A stretch of 64,000 nucleotides of DNA from Myxococcota bacterium (GTDB lineage Bacteria; Myxococcota_A; UBA9160; SZUA-336): NCBI GenBank assembly GCA_965247115.1, contig CBDFGR010000002.1, positions 672,001 to 736,000 of the forward strand, read 5' to 3'. How positions within the stretch are numbered: the stretch's first letter is position 1; every line of letters begins with the position of its first letter. This document shows, in pieces, positions 39,616 to 49,055 of the stretch. A program made the position numbers and the translations under genes. Under the pieces are notes generated by a model. That model saw only the letters and a list, made by a program, of their open reading frames with translations. It had not been told where the DNA came from and did no database searches.

Positions 39616-40956
39616 CTGAGCCTTCCGAGCCACACCGAGTTTCTGATCATCGGGGCCGGCATCCACGGGCTCTCGACGGCCTGGCACCTAGCCGAGGAAC
39701 TTCGGGCAAAGGGGCGTGCGGGCAGCGAGATTCTCGTGATCGACAAGGGCGGTATTGCTGCCGGCGCCAGCGGCATCGCCTGCGGCGTCATCCGCAACAA
39801 CTACTACCAGCCGGCGATGCGCGAGCTGATCGCTCACTCCGTCGCCACCTGGGAAAGCGACCCGGCGGCCTTCAGCTATCACCCCGTCGGCTACCTGCAG
39901 ATCAGTCCCGAGGCAATGGGCGAAGACGTCGCTCAGATTCACCAAGAGCAGCGTGCGATCGGCTACCCGTCCGACTTCATCGGGGGCGAAGCCGAGTCTG
40001 CGGCCTATCTAAAAGGTCTCTTCCACGACTGGCAGGCACGCGGCATCACCTCGGTCCTTCACGAGAAGAAGGGAGGGTTCGCGAACAACACCGCGAGTAT
40101 TTACGGAATCGCGACCAAAGCCGAAGCGCTCGGCATTCGCATTGCCACCGGGACCTGCGTCACCGGCTTTGAGTTCGATACTCGTTCGCCCTGTGTGACC
40201 GCGATCGAGACGAATCGCGGTCGGATCGACTGCGGGCAGGTCATCGTCGCCGTCGGGCCCTGGATCTGCCAGCTATGGGATCTCCTGGAGCTGCCACGGG
40301 CGATCTCGATCCGTGGTAGCGACGGGCTCTTGCACGACGACATACCGATGTGGCGCTACCTGGCGCTCGAAGAGGGGACGCTCGGCGTCGACCCGGACCT
40401 TCAACGCACCAACGACGGCGGTGCGGCACCGGTTGTGCACGTCGATACCGACGCGCCACTCTACTCCGACGTCGACGGCTCGCTCGTGACCGACGAGCCG
40501 TGGGGCATCTATTACAAGCCCGATCGCAACTTCGGCGGGATACAGGGCGGCTCGATGCCCTACGTGGTCGATAAGCCCGCCGAGCACGTCAGCATCGACC
40601 CCTACGGGCCCGCCAGCCCCGAATTCGTGGTCGATGAGAGCTTCGCCCACAAGTGGTGCTCTGCCCTGGCCTTCTGTCAGAAGCGTTTCGTCGGGTTGAG
40701 CGATCGCTACAAGAACGAGCCTTCCGGCGGCCTCGGCTGTTTTACGCCCGACAGCTTCCCGGTCTTCGATCGTTTCCGCGAGAACGTCACGGTCATCGCC
40801 GACTCGAACCACGGCTACAAGCTGATCGGCGTCGGCAAGCTCGTCGCCGGCGAGATCCTCGGGGAGCCGAGCGCCCTGCTCGAGCCCTTCCGTTTCTCCC
40901 GTTACGCGACGGGGGAGCTCCACCCCACTTCCAACAGCCCATTCCCCTGGAGCTGA
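39616..40956 (+). CDS. FAD-dependent amine oxidoreductase (DAO/SoxB-like), probable CTG start, 446 aa
   Basis: Frame extends 5' of the ORF call to CTG-SLPSHTEFLIIGAGIHGLSTAWHL (GxGxxG); GASGIACG, RNNY, TPDSFPV, HGYK. Confidence 0.85.
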   Translation: MSLPSHTEFLIIGAGIHGLSTAWHLAEELRAKGRAGSEILVIDKGGIAAGASGIACGVIRNNYYQPAMRELIAHSVATWESDPAAFSYHPVGYLQISPEAMGEDVAQIHQEQRAIGYPSDFIGGEAESAAYLKGLFHDWQARGITSVLHEKKGGFANNTASIYGIATKAEALGIRIATGTCVTGFEFDTRSPCVTAIETNRGRIDCGQVIVAVGPWICQLWDLLELPRAISIRGSDGLLHDDIPMWRYLALEEGTLGVDPDLQRTNDGGAAPVVHVDTDAPLYSDVDGSLVTDEPWGIYYKPDRNFGGIQGGSMPYVVDKPAEHVSIDPYGPASPEFVVDESFAHKWCSALAFCQKRFVGLSDRYKNEPSGGLGCFTPDSFPVFDRFRENVTVIADSNHGYKLIGVGKLVAGEILGEPSALLEPFRFSRYATGELHPTSNSPFPWS

Positions 40957-40971
40957 ACCGCAGAGGCTGGA

Positions 40972-42444
40972 ATGACGGACCTTGAGCAGCACGTCTCGTT
41001 ACCGGGTCGCGACACTCTCGTGAAAGAGGTCCGCGAGAAGATCGATACGCTCGGCATCAAGTACATCTACTACCAGTTCGTGTCCGTCACCGGACGCATC
41101 GTCGGCAAGGGGGTACCCGCGGCCCACTGGGAGCAGATCGCAGAACGGGGCTTCCAACTCGTGTACGGCTCGACGGCAAACCTGTACACCGACCGCCACC
41201 GCAACTATATCGGCTACGGACCCGAGGCCTCCGAGCTTGTGGGCATCCCGGATCCCGAGACTTTTGTTCAGTTGCCGTGGGACAAACGGGTGGCGCGAGT
41301 GTTCTGCACGTGCTTCCGGAACCGCGAAGAGGAGGAGAACCCCGGCGGCCATCTGAGCTCCGATTGCCGCGGTAACCTGCGGATCCTCCACGACGCCTTC
41401 AAGAAAAAGCACGGGATGGAGCTGCGCCACGGAACGGAGCCCGAGATGATGTGGCTTCGTCGCGACGCTGCGGGAAACCCGGACGGCGGGTTCTCGAAGC
41501 CGAATTGTTACCACATCGATCAGTTCGAATCGCTGCGCCCCGTGTTCATGCAGGTGATCGAGTACTGCGACGCGATGGGCCTCGACATGATTCAGGGCGA
41601 CCACGAGGACGCACCGGGCCAGCTCGAGTTGAACTTCACCTTCGACGACGCACTGCGCACCTGCGATCGGCTCACTACCTACCGTCAGATCTGCGCCCAG
41701 GTGGCGCGCGAGCAACAGCTCATCGCGTGCTTCATGTCGAAACCCTTCATGGGCGTCTCGGCTTCGGGCTGCCACCACAATATGTCGCTCTGGTCTGGCG
41801 GCGAGAGCGTCGTCAACCCCCTCGCCAACGCTTCGATCCCCGGGCTGGACGACGTCTTCACCTATCGCCGCGCGGGGCAGAACCACTTCCTCCCGGATGC
41901 CGGTGCCGTCGATCGGCGGAAGCCCGGAGCGATCGGGCTCCAGTGCATTGGCGGTGTGATCGAGCATCTGTCCGCCCTCACTGCGATCGGCTGCTCGACC
42001 GTAAACTCCTACCGTCGACTTTGGGACACCGGCTTCTGGGCACCCGTCTTCGCCGACTGGGGCTATCAGAACCGCACCTGTGGTCTGCGCGTCTCGGCGC
42101 CAGGTCGCTTCGAGTACCGCGCCGTCGATTCGATGGTGAATCCCTATCTGATGGCGGGCGCCCTGCTCCAGGTCTTTGACGACGGAATCACGCGCGACCT
42201 GGACCCGGGGGAGCCCGAGTCGCGCAACATCTACGAGGCGCTGGAAGCCGGCAAGCTGGTGAAGAAGCTCCCACTCTCGCTCGGTGAAGCGCTGGCTCGC
42301 CTCGAGGAGGATGAGGTAGTTCGTTCCGCGCTCCCCGACGAGATGTATCGCGTCTTCATGCACTACAAGCGCGACGAATGGGAAAAATTCATGGCGACCG
42401 TCACCGAGTGGGACGTCGAGACCTATTTGGATTGCCTGCCGTAG
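40972..42444 (+). CDS. Second glutamine synthetase-family ligase (GmaS-like, divergent)
   Basis: GTEPE, DHEDAPGQLELNF, KPF...SGCHHN, VNSYRRL, NRT..LR, RFEYR...NPYL. Confidence 0.85.
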   Translation: MTDLEQHVSLPGRDTLVKEVREKIDTLGIKYIYYQFVSVTGRIVGKGVPAAHWEQIAERGFQLVYGSTANLYTDRHRNYIGYGPEASELVGIPDPETFVQLPWDKRVARVFCTCFRNREEEENPGGHLSSDCRGNLRILHDAFKKKHGMELRHGTEPEMMWLRRDAAGNPDGGFSKPNCYHIDQFESLRPVFMQVIEYCDAMGLDMIQGDHEDAPGQLELNFTFDDALRTCDRLTTYRQICAQVAREQQLIACFMSKPFMGVSASGCHHNMSLWSGGESVVNPLANASIPGLDDVFTYRRAGQNHFLPDAGAVDRRKPGAIGLQCIGGVIEHLSALTAIGCSTVNSYRRLWDTGFWAPVFADWGYQNRTCGLRVSAPGRFEYRAVDSMVNPYLMAGALLQVFDDGITRDLDPGEPESRNIYEALEAGKLVKKLPLSLGEALARLEEDEVVRSALPDEMYRVFMHYKRDEWEKFMATVTEWDVETYLDCLP

Positions 42445-42460
42445 AACCAGGAGAAACGCG

Positions 42461-43396
42461 ATGTGTGGCATCGCGGGTGTAATTCACAAGAAGGCCCCGG
42501 GCGAGATCGGGCGCGAGCTCGCCTCGATGCTGCAGGCGATGCGGCATCGCGGGCCCGACTCCACCGGCTTCGCCCTCTACGGAGCGCCCAAAAAGGACCA
42601 CCACATCATGCGCTTCAAGGTGGCCGAGCAGGAGGATCTGGCCAAGAGCGTCGAGCTCCGTCGCCAGATCCGCGAGCGCAAGGCCCTGGTCGACACGCGG
42701 CTCCTCGATCTCAACGCCGTGGTCGAGGACGAATCCCAGCCCACCGAATACGCGCACCGCTACGTCCTTCAGTTTTCGGGAGAGATGCGCGAGCTGGCCG
42801 ACTACATCGAAGACCTGGAAGGCGTGGAGATCCTGTCGCTCGGCCATTCCCTCGAACTGGTCAAGGATCTCGGGGACGCCAACCGCGTCTGCTCGGACTA
42901 CGACCTGGGTGGCTTCGCTGGAATGCACGGGATCGGGCACGCACGCATGGCCACGGAATCCGATGTGGACATCCGCTCCGCCCATCCGTACTGGGCCTAT
43001 CCCTTCGATGACGTGGCCGTCGTCCACAACGGACAGCTCACGAACTACTGGACCTACCGGCGTGCGCTAGAGCGCCGCGGGCATCGCTTCATGTCGAACT
43101 GCGACTCGGAGTTGATCGCGGTGTACCTCGCTGACCGGATCGATCGTGGCGACGATCTCGAGGAAGCAATGCGACGAACGCTCGCCGAGCTCGACGGCGT
43201 CTTTACCTACCTGGTGACCACCTCGGACGCCCTGGGCATGGCGAAGGACGCGCTGGCTGCCAAGCCGATGGTCCTCTACGAATCGGCCGAGTTGATCGCG
43301 CTCGCCTCCGAGGAGGTTGCGATCCGCACCATCCTTCCCGGCGAGATCGAGACCGTCGACCCCTACGAAGGGGAGGTTCGGGTATGGCAGAGCTGA
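42461..43396 (+). CDS. Class II amidotransferase, MgsA/GlxB-like (second copy)
   Basis: MCGIAG, HRGPDSTG, GHARMATES, HNGQLTN, CDSE. Confidence 0.85.
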   Translation: MCGIAGVIHKKAPGEIGRELASMLQAMRHRGPDSTGFALYGAPKKDHHIMRFKVAEQEDLAKSVELRRQIRERKALVDTRLLDLNAVVEDESQPTEYAHRYVLQFSGEMRELADYIEDLEGVEILSLGHSLELVKDLGDANRVCSDYDLGGFAGMHGIGHARMATESDVDIRSAHPYWAYPFDDVAVVHNGQLTNYWTYRRALERRGHRFMSNCDSELIAVYLADRIDRGDDLEEAMRRTLAELDGVFTYLVTTSDALGMAKDALAAKPMVLYESAELIALASEEVAIRTILPGEIETVDPYEGEVRVWQS

Positions 43397-44229
43397 CTCC
43401 GGAGGCGCCGTCGCAGCGCACAGGTATGCACGCCGAAGTGCTGGCCGGTCGCACCCAGCAGGTCTTCTTCTCTCCCGAAGAGGAGGAGAACTTCCTCTAC
43501 CCCGATTCGTTCGTGGTCGACCTCGAAAAACACAGCGAGTTCAACGCCGAGAAGATCAGCGCAAAGGACGTCAACCGAAAGATCTCCGAGCTGATGCGGG
43601 AGGGTTGCGGGAGCATCACGATCCGCAACCCCGGCGCGAAGCACTCCATCGCGGTGGGGATCCTGAACCGGCTCTCACTCCAGATCGAGGGGAGCCTAGG
43701 GTACTTCGGATGCGGGCTGATCGACGGCCCCAACGTGCGGATCGCGGGGCGCGTTGGCTGGTCCTGCGCCGAGAACATGATGGCGGGCACCGTGGTTGTC
43801 GAGAAGAACGCGGGCTCGCTATTCGGCGCGGCGCTGCGCGGCGGGGACCTCGTCTGCAAAGGAGATGTTGGCGCGCGGACCGGCATCGATATGAAGGGCG
43901 GCACGATCCTGGTCGGCGGTCGCACCGGCGCCTTCTCCGGGTTCATGATGCAGCGCGGCCGGCTGGTCGTATTGGGCGACGCGGGCGAGAACCTCGGCGA
44001 CTCGCTCTACGACGGAACCATCTTCGTCGGAGGCAAGATCCAAAGCCTCGGGATCGACGCGGTCGAGGCAGAACTGACCGCTCTCGACATTCAGTGGCTG
44101 GAGCGAAAGCTGGAGCTCTATGGGCTCGAAGCACCAGAGGGCGCGGCGAACATGACCAAGATCGTTGCGGGCAAGCAGCTTTGGAACTACGACAACCTCG
44201 AGCCTGCCGAGAAGAAGCTGGTGCTCTGA
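43384..44229 (+). CDS. GXGXG-domain protein, MgsB/GlxC-like (second copy, N-terminal extension)
   Basis: AENMMAG, GIDMKGG, GDSLYDG. Confidence 0.85.
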   Translation: MAELTPEAPSQRTGMHAEVLAGRTQQVFFSPEEEENFLYPDSFVVDLEKHSEFNAEKISAKDVNRKISELMREGCGSITIRNPGAKHSIAVGILNRLSLQIEGSLGYFGCGLIDGPNVRIAGRVGWSCAENMMAGTVVVEKNAGSLFGAALRGGDLVCKGDVGARTGIDMKGGTILVGGRTGAFSGFMMQRGRLVVLGDAGENLGDSLYDGTIFVGGKIQSLGIDAVEAELTALDIQWLERKLELYGLEAPEGAANMTKIVAGKQLWNYDNLEPAEKKLVL

Positions 44230-44248
44230 GCACCGAAAGGAAGCGGGC

Positions 44249-45601
44249 ATGAGTCCGGAGCGCAAGAAAGCGGAGCGTGCGCGTCACGTCCTCGGTCACA
44301 GCAGCCTCTTTACGCCCGAAGTCATCGACGACATCCACATCAAGGCCGAGCTCGGGCGCTACCGGATGCGCGGCTTCTCGATGTTCAAGCGTATTCCCAG
44401 CTGGGACGATCTCACCTTCCTGCCCGGCACGCTGACCCGCTTCGTGATCGAAGGCTACCGCGAGAGATGCGAGACCCGGACGGTTCTCGGACCGCGCGCC
44501 AAGCGTCCGCTCGAGCTCGACATCCCGATCTACATCACAGGGATGAGCTTCGGCGCGCTCTCCTACGAGGCGAAGATCGCGCTGGCTCGGGGGGCCACCA
44601 TGGCGGGTACGGCGACTTGCTCCGGAGAGGGCGGGATGATCCCCGACGAACGCCGCTACTCGACAAAGTGGTTCTACCAGTGCATCCAGTCGCGCTACGG
44701 GTTCAACCCACACCACCTCCGCCTCGCCGACGCGTGCGAGTTCTTCATCGGGCAGGGCTGCAAGGTCGGACTCGGTGGCCATCTGATGGGACAGAAGATC
44801 ACCGATCAAGTCGCCGAGATGCGCTCGCTTCCCGCCGGTATCGATCAGCGCTCGCCGGCGCGCCATCCCGACTGGCTGGGACCCGACGACCTCGCGCTGA
44901 AGATCGAGGAGATCCGCGAAGCCACCCACGGCGAGATCCCGATCCAGCTCAAGCTCGGCGCCGCGCGCGTCTACGACGACGTGCGGATGGCCGCGAAGAC
45001 CGACCCAGACTGCATCTACATGGACGGCATGGAGGGGGGCACCGGCGCCGGCCCGCACCTGGCGGCGGAGGATACCGGCGTTCCCGGAATCGCCGCGATC
45101 CGTCAGGCGCGCAAGGCCCTCGACGACGTGGGAAGGTCGGGGGAGATCTCGCTCATCTACGCTGGCGGGATTCGCAACGGAGGCGACGTTGCCAAAGCGC
45201 TGGCGCTTGGCGCCGACGCGGTCGCAATCGGTCACTCGTCGTTGATCGCGCTCAACTGCAACAGAGACATCCCGGAGTCGGACTTCGAGACAGAGATCGG
45301 TGTCGAAGCAGGGAGCTGCTATCACTGCCATACGGGGCGCTGTCCGGTGGGGATCGCTACTCAGGACCCCGAGCTGCGCAAGCGCCTGAATCCCGACAAG
45401 GGCGCCGAGCGCGTTTATAACTTTCTGCACACCCTCGCGCTCGAATGCCAGATGCTGGCCCGCGCCTGTGGCAAGACCAGCGTGCACTCGCTCGAACCCG
45501 AAGATCTGGCCGCCCTGACAATGGAGGCCTCGGCCCTCGCCATGGTTCCCCTCGCGGGCACGCAGTACACCGTTGGTCAGCCCGACATGAACCGCTACTA
45601 G
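44249..45601 (+). CDS. FMN-binding glutamate synthase domain, MgsC/GlxD-like (second copy)
   Basis: GMSFGALS, GQGCKVGLGG, RHPDWLGPDDL, CYHCHTGRCPVG. Confidence 0.88.
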   Translation: MSPERKKAERARHVLGHSSLFTPEVIDDIHIKAELGRYRMRGFSMFKRIPSWDDLTFLPGTLTRFVIEGYRERCETRTVLGPRAKRPLELDIPIYITGMSFGALSYEAKIALARGATMAGTATCSGEGGMIPDERRYSTKWFYQCIQSRYGFNPHHLRLADACEFFIGQGCKVGLGGHLMGQKITDQVAEMRSLPAGIDQRSPARHPDWLGPDDLALKIEEIREATHGEIPIQLKLGAARVYDDVRMAAKTDPDCIYMDGMEGGTGAGPHLAAEDTGVPGIAAIRQARKALDDVGRSGEISLIYAGGIRNGGDVAKALALGADAVAIGHSSLIALNCNRDIPESDFETEIGVEAGSCYHCHTGRCPVGIATQDPELRKRLNPDKGAERVYNFLHTLALECQMLARACGKTSVHSLEPEDLAALTMEASALAMVPLAGTQYTVGQPDMNRY

Positions 45602-45611
45602 GAGTACCTCC

Positions 45612-46001
45612 GTGGGCGACCCAAAGGACGTCGATCATTTCCTGCAAAGCGACGGGATCGAGAGCGATCGAGAGCGCGACATTGGCCAGCACATCGGCTA
45701 CCGCTACGACGTCAACCTCCTGCCCGACTACGAGCGCCTCACGCCCTTCCTCAGGAAGTACATCGAGGTGATGGGGTGGAGGGATCTCAACTGGCTCGAG
45801 GACGTCCACATGGGGTATGAGGAAGGGCGCTCCGCGGTCTTCGATCGCAACATCAACGGCTGGGTCACGGTCTCGCCAGGCATGAAGCTCCCGGACAACC
45901 AGCAGGATCGCGACATGATCGCGCGCGAGCTCCTGGTGAAGTTTCAGATGTCGCGTCAGCACCCGATGGTCGAGCTCAACGAGGCTTACCGAAAGTTCTG
46001 A
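45612..46001 (+). CDS. Hypothetical protein (129 aa), last gene of the second NMG-like operon
   Basis: AGGAG RBS + GTG 10 nt after the previous stop; coding-like codon bias; no recognisable motif. Confidence 0.75.
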   Translation: MGDPKDVDHFLQSDGIESDRERDIGQHIGYRYDVNLLPDYERLTPFLRKYIEVMGWRDLNWLEDVHMGYEEGRSAVFDRNINGWVTVSPGMKLPDNQQDRDMIARELLVKFQMSRQHPMVELNEAYRKF

Positions 46002-46038
46002 CGGCGGATACCAGCGTGGTCAGCGTCCTCCTTCGCGC

Positions 46039-46812
46039 TCAAACCGCGGTGTAGCCGCCGTCGACCAGGAGGTCGGCGCCTGTCATGAACGAGGACTCGT
46101 TGCTCGCGAGGAACACCGCTGCAGCCGCGATTTCGTCGGGCTGACCCAGGCGCCCCAGCACGTGACGAGGTGCCAGATAGCTCCGGGCGCTCTCCATGTC
46201 CCCGAAGGCGGCGACCAGCCTCTGCGTCTCTATAGCCCCGGGGGAGAGGCTGTTTGCCCGGATGCCCTGGTCGGCGTGATCAACGGCGAGTGCGCGCGTC
46301 AGGTGTACGAGACCTGCCTTCGTGGCGCAGTACGCCGGCGTGCGTGGCATGGCGACGCGCGCGAGCTGCGAGGCCACGTTGATGATGCTTCCCCCGCCCG
46401 AGTCGGCCATCAACGGAATCGCCTCCTTGCAGGTCAGGAAGGCTCCTCCGAGGTTGACGTCGAGGGTCCGTTGCCAGTCGCGATAGTCGATCTCGGTCAC
46501 GCGACCGCCGCCATCCTGTCGGGCAGCGGCGTTCACCAGGATGTGGAGGGCCCCACAGCGCTCGCGGACCGTATCGACGGCCGCGTGCACGGACGTCGGG
46601 TCCGCCACATCACAGCGCAGTCCGAAGGTGTCGCCAGCGGGGTCCGCGAAGGCGCGCGCGGCCGCCGCTGCGGCTTCCGCCGCTTGCCGATCGACATCGA
46701 GGCAGGCGACCACAGCCCCCTCGGCGGCGAAGGCCAGCACGATTGCGCGGCCAATGCCTGCGCCGGCACCGGTCACCAGCGCTACGCGGTCGCTCAGGCG
46801 CTGGCTCGACAT
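46039..46812 (-). CDS. Short-chain dehydrogenase/reductase
   Basis: TGAGAGIG, VNAA, YCATK, VDGGY. Confidence 0.9.
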   Translation of the reverse strand: MSSQRLSDRVALVTGAGAGIGRAIVLAFAAEGAVVACLDVDRQAAEAAAAAARAFADPAGDTFGLRCDVADPTSVHAAVDTVRERCGALHILVNAAARQDGGGRVTEIDYRDWQRTLDVNLGGAFLTCKEAIPLMADSGGGSIINVASQLARVAMPRTPAYCATKAGLVHLTRALAVDHADQGIRANSLSPGAIETQRLVAAFGDMESARSYLAPRHVLGRLGQPDEIAAAAVFLASNESSFMTGADLLVDGGYTAV

Positions 46813-46822
46813 CGCCGGAGGC

Positions 46823-47941
46823 TCAAATGCCAAAGAACGTGGCGGCGTTCCGGCCCAAGATTTTCTCCACGGAGCTCTCGGGGAGTCGGGCTAGCGCTTC
46901 TCGCGCTTTCTCCACGGGTCGCACGAAGCCCTCGGCGTGCGGGTAGTCCGAGCCGATGAAGAACTTATCGTCCCCCACGAGCTCGACCATGTAAGGCAGC
47001 GCGCGCTCGTCCGGATCCGCCGAGACCCAGACGTTGCGGGCGAAGTACTCGCTGGGTGGGCGCTTCATCTGCGTGGTGTGACCCATGTAGCTGTAGCGGT
47101 AGTCGAACCGATCCAGCCACTCCACGACCCAGCCGCTCGCAGACTCGACAACGGCGACCCGCAGCGTCGGGAAACGCTCGAACACGCCGTCGTAGACCAT
47201 CGTCGTGAGCGCCATGCGCGGGTCCTGGATTAAGTTCATGCTCGCGAACATGAAGTCGGCACGCGGCTCGCGGTGCCACTCGTTTCCGAGGTACTGGGGA
47301 TGGACTACGAGGTGCAGATTCAAGGCCAGATCCAGCGCCTGGGCGGCCGACCAGACCTGGTCGAAGTCCGGGTGCCCAAAGCTCTTTCCATCGACTGGCA
47401 TGGCGCCGACGAAGGCCGCGCGGGACCCCTCGCCCGCCAGCCACTCCAGCTCCTGGACGGCTGCGGCTGGGTCCCGGAGGGAGATGTGACCTACCGGGTA
47501 CAGCCGATCCCGGTACCCGCCGCAGACCTCGAGTGTCCAGCGGTTATAGGCGCGACAGTGAGCCGCCGCGAGCTCCGGGTCCCGCACCATCGCGTCCGTG
47601 AGGAGCCCCAGCGACGGATAGAGGAACTGACATGCAAAGCCCTCGCGATCCAGGAAGGCGATGCGCTCGGACACGTCGTCGAGGTCGCGCCCGAACACCT
47701 CGGACACGTCGAAGGAGCCGAGGCCCTTTCCCTCTTCCTTCTGACCGTACCCGACCAGAACACCCAGCAGATCCTCGGCGCCGTAAGGGGAGTATCGGCC
47801 ATCGGCAAAGACCGCGAGGCGATCGTCATCGGGTCTTCGCGTCAGCCTCAGACAGCGCTCGCGGAAGCGCGGCTCGATGTAGCGCTGCCACAGATCGAAA
47901 GGCTCGATGAAGTGACCGTCTGCATCGATGATCCGTGCCAT
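46823..47941 (-). CDS. Amidohydrolase family 2 protein
   Basis: IDADGH, LYPSLG, AYNRW, GSDYPH. Confidence 0.9.
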   Translation of the reverse strand: MARIIDADGHFIEPFDLWQRYIEPRFRERCLRLTRRPDDDRLAVFADGRYSPYGAEDLLGVLVGYGQKEEGKGLGSFDVSEVFGRDLDDVSERIAFLDREGFACQFLYPSLGLLTDAMVRDPELAAAHCRAYNRWTLEVCGGYRDRLYPVGHISLRDPAAAVQELEWLAGEGSRAAFVGAMPVDGKSFGHPDFDQVWSAAQALDLALNLHLVVHPQYLGNEWHREPRADFMFASMNLIQDPRMALTTMVYDGVFERFPTLRVAVVESASGWVVEWLDRFDYRYSYMGHTTQMKRPPSEYFARNVWVSADPDERALPYMVELVGDDKFFIGSDYPHAEGFVRPVEKAREALARLPESSVEKILGRNAATFFGI

Positions 47942-47983
47942 ATTCAAGCCCCTGACAAGAGTTCCATGATACCAGGTTAGGAG

Positions 47984-48910
47984 TTGATGTCGTTGAGGAA
48001 TCTTCCTGCGTGGAGCCTTTGTAGCTTCATGGCCCTGGGCCTGGCCCTTCCATGCGCTGCGCAGGAGCTACAGCCTCGGCGGTGGGGCCACCTTCCGATG
48101 GGAGCCAACTTTGCCGGCGCAGCCTATTCCTACACGGAGGCGGACATATTCTTCGACCCCATACTCCGTCTCGATGACGTCGAGATGGAGGGGCATACAT
48201 GGGCGGCCAGATACATCCGCACGTTTGAGCTGCTCGAGAGATCCGCACGCGTCGATTTCGTGCAAGCCATCCAACGGGGTCGTTGGACTGGACTGGTCAA
48301 TGGCGTTCCCGCAGCCACGAAGCGGACTGGCTTGTCCGATTCAATCGTGCGCTTTGCAATCAATCTGTACGGAGGTCCGCCGTTGGAGGGTAAGGAGTTC
48401 GCTGCCCACCGGGCAAAGACGGAGGTCGAGACCATCGTCGGAGCTGCTCTGGCGGTGCACCTTCCGACTGGTGAATACATGGATGACAGACTCATCAATC
48501 TAGGCACAAACAGGTTTACGTTTCGCCCACAGCTCGGAATCGTGCACAACCGGGGACCATGGTCGATGGAAGTCACAGGTGCGGCCTGGCTCTATACGGA
48601 CAATGATGAGTTCTTCAATGGGAGCAAGCTTGAGAACGATCCGCTCTACACGATCCAAGCTCATCTCATTTACAATCTTCACCCCGGCCTCTGGGGCGCA
48701 GCGAGTGTTGCCTACGGCTACGGCGCAGAATCCAGCCTGAACGGCGAAGCGCAGGGAGACCGGAGGGGGAACCTGGTCTGGGCGCTCGGCTTGGGCTATC
48801 CGATCACACAGCGCTTTGGCGTCAACATCAGGTATGTCGGCACCCGTTCCCAGGAGTCCGTCGGTCAGGACTCTGACCAGGTGGTTGTGAGCCTGGCTGT
48901 CTCATGGTAA
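47984..48910 (+). CDS. Putative outer-membrane beta-barrel 'transporter' (MetA-pathway/SphA-like)
   Basis: Signal peptide, QELQPR, PTGEY...NLGTNR, amphipathic strands, terminal W. Confidence 0.75.
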   Translation: MMSLRNLPAWSLCSFMALGLALPCAAQELQPRRWGHLPMGANFAGAAYSYTEADIFFDPILRLDDVEMEGHTWAARYIRTFELLERSARVDFVQAIQRGRWTGLVNGVPAATKRTGLSDSIVRFAINLYGGPPLEGKEFAAHRAKTEVETIVGAALAVHLPTGEYMDDRLINLGTNRFTFRPQLGIVHNRGPWSMEVTGAAWLYTDNDEFFNGSKLENDPLYTIQAHLIYNLHPGLWGAASVAYGYGAESSLNGEAQGDRRGNLVWALGLGYPITQRFGVNIRYVGTRSQESVGQDSDQVVVSLAVSW

Positions 48911-49055
48911 CCGCACGCTACTTCGGTGACGACCGCGTCGCGCATCGCCGAACTCCGCGCTGAGCGGCGCCGCCTCGTCGAAGAACTCGAGCGTTCGGTC
49001 GGCACGCTAAATCGCGGGGAGGGCGGGCCGATACGCCTACAGCTGCGTCAATCCG

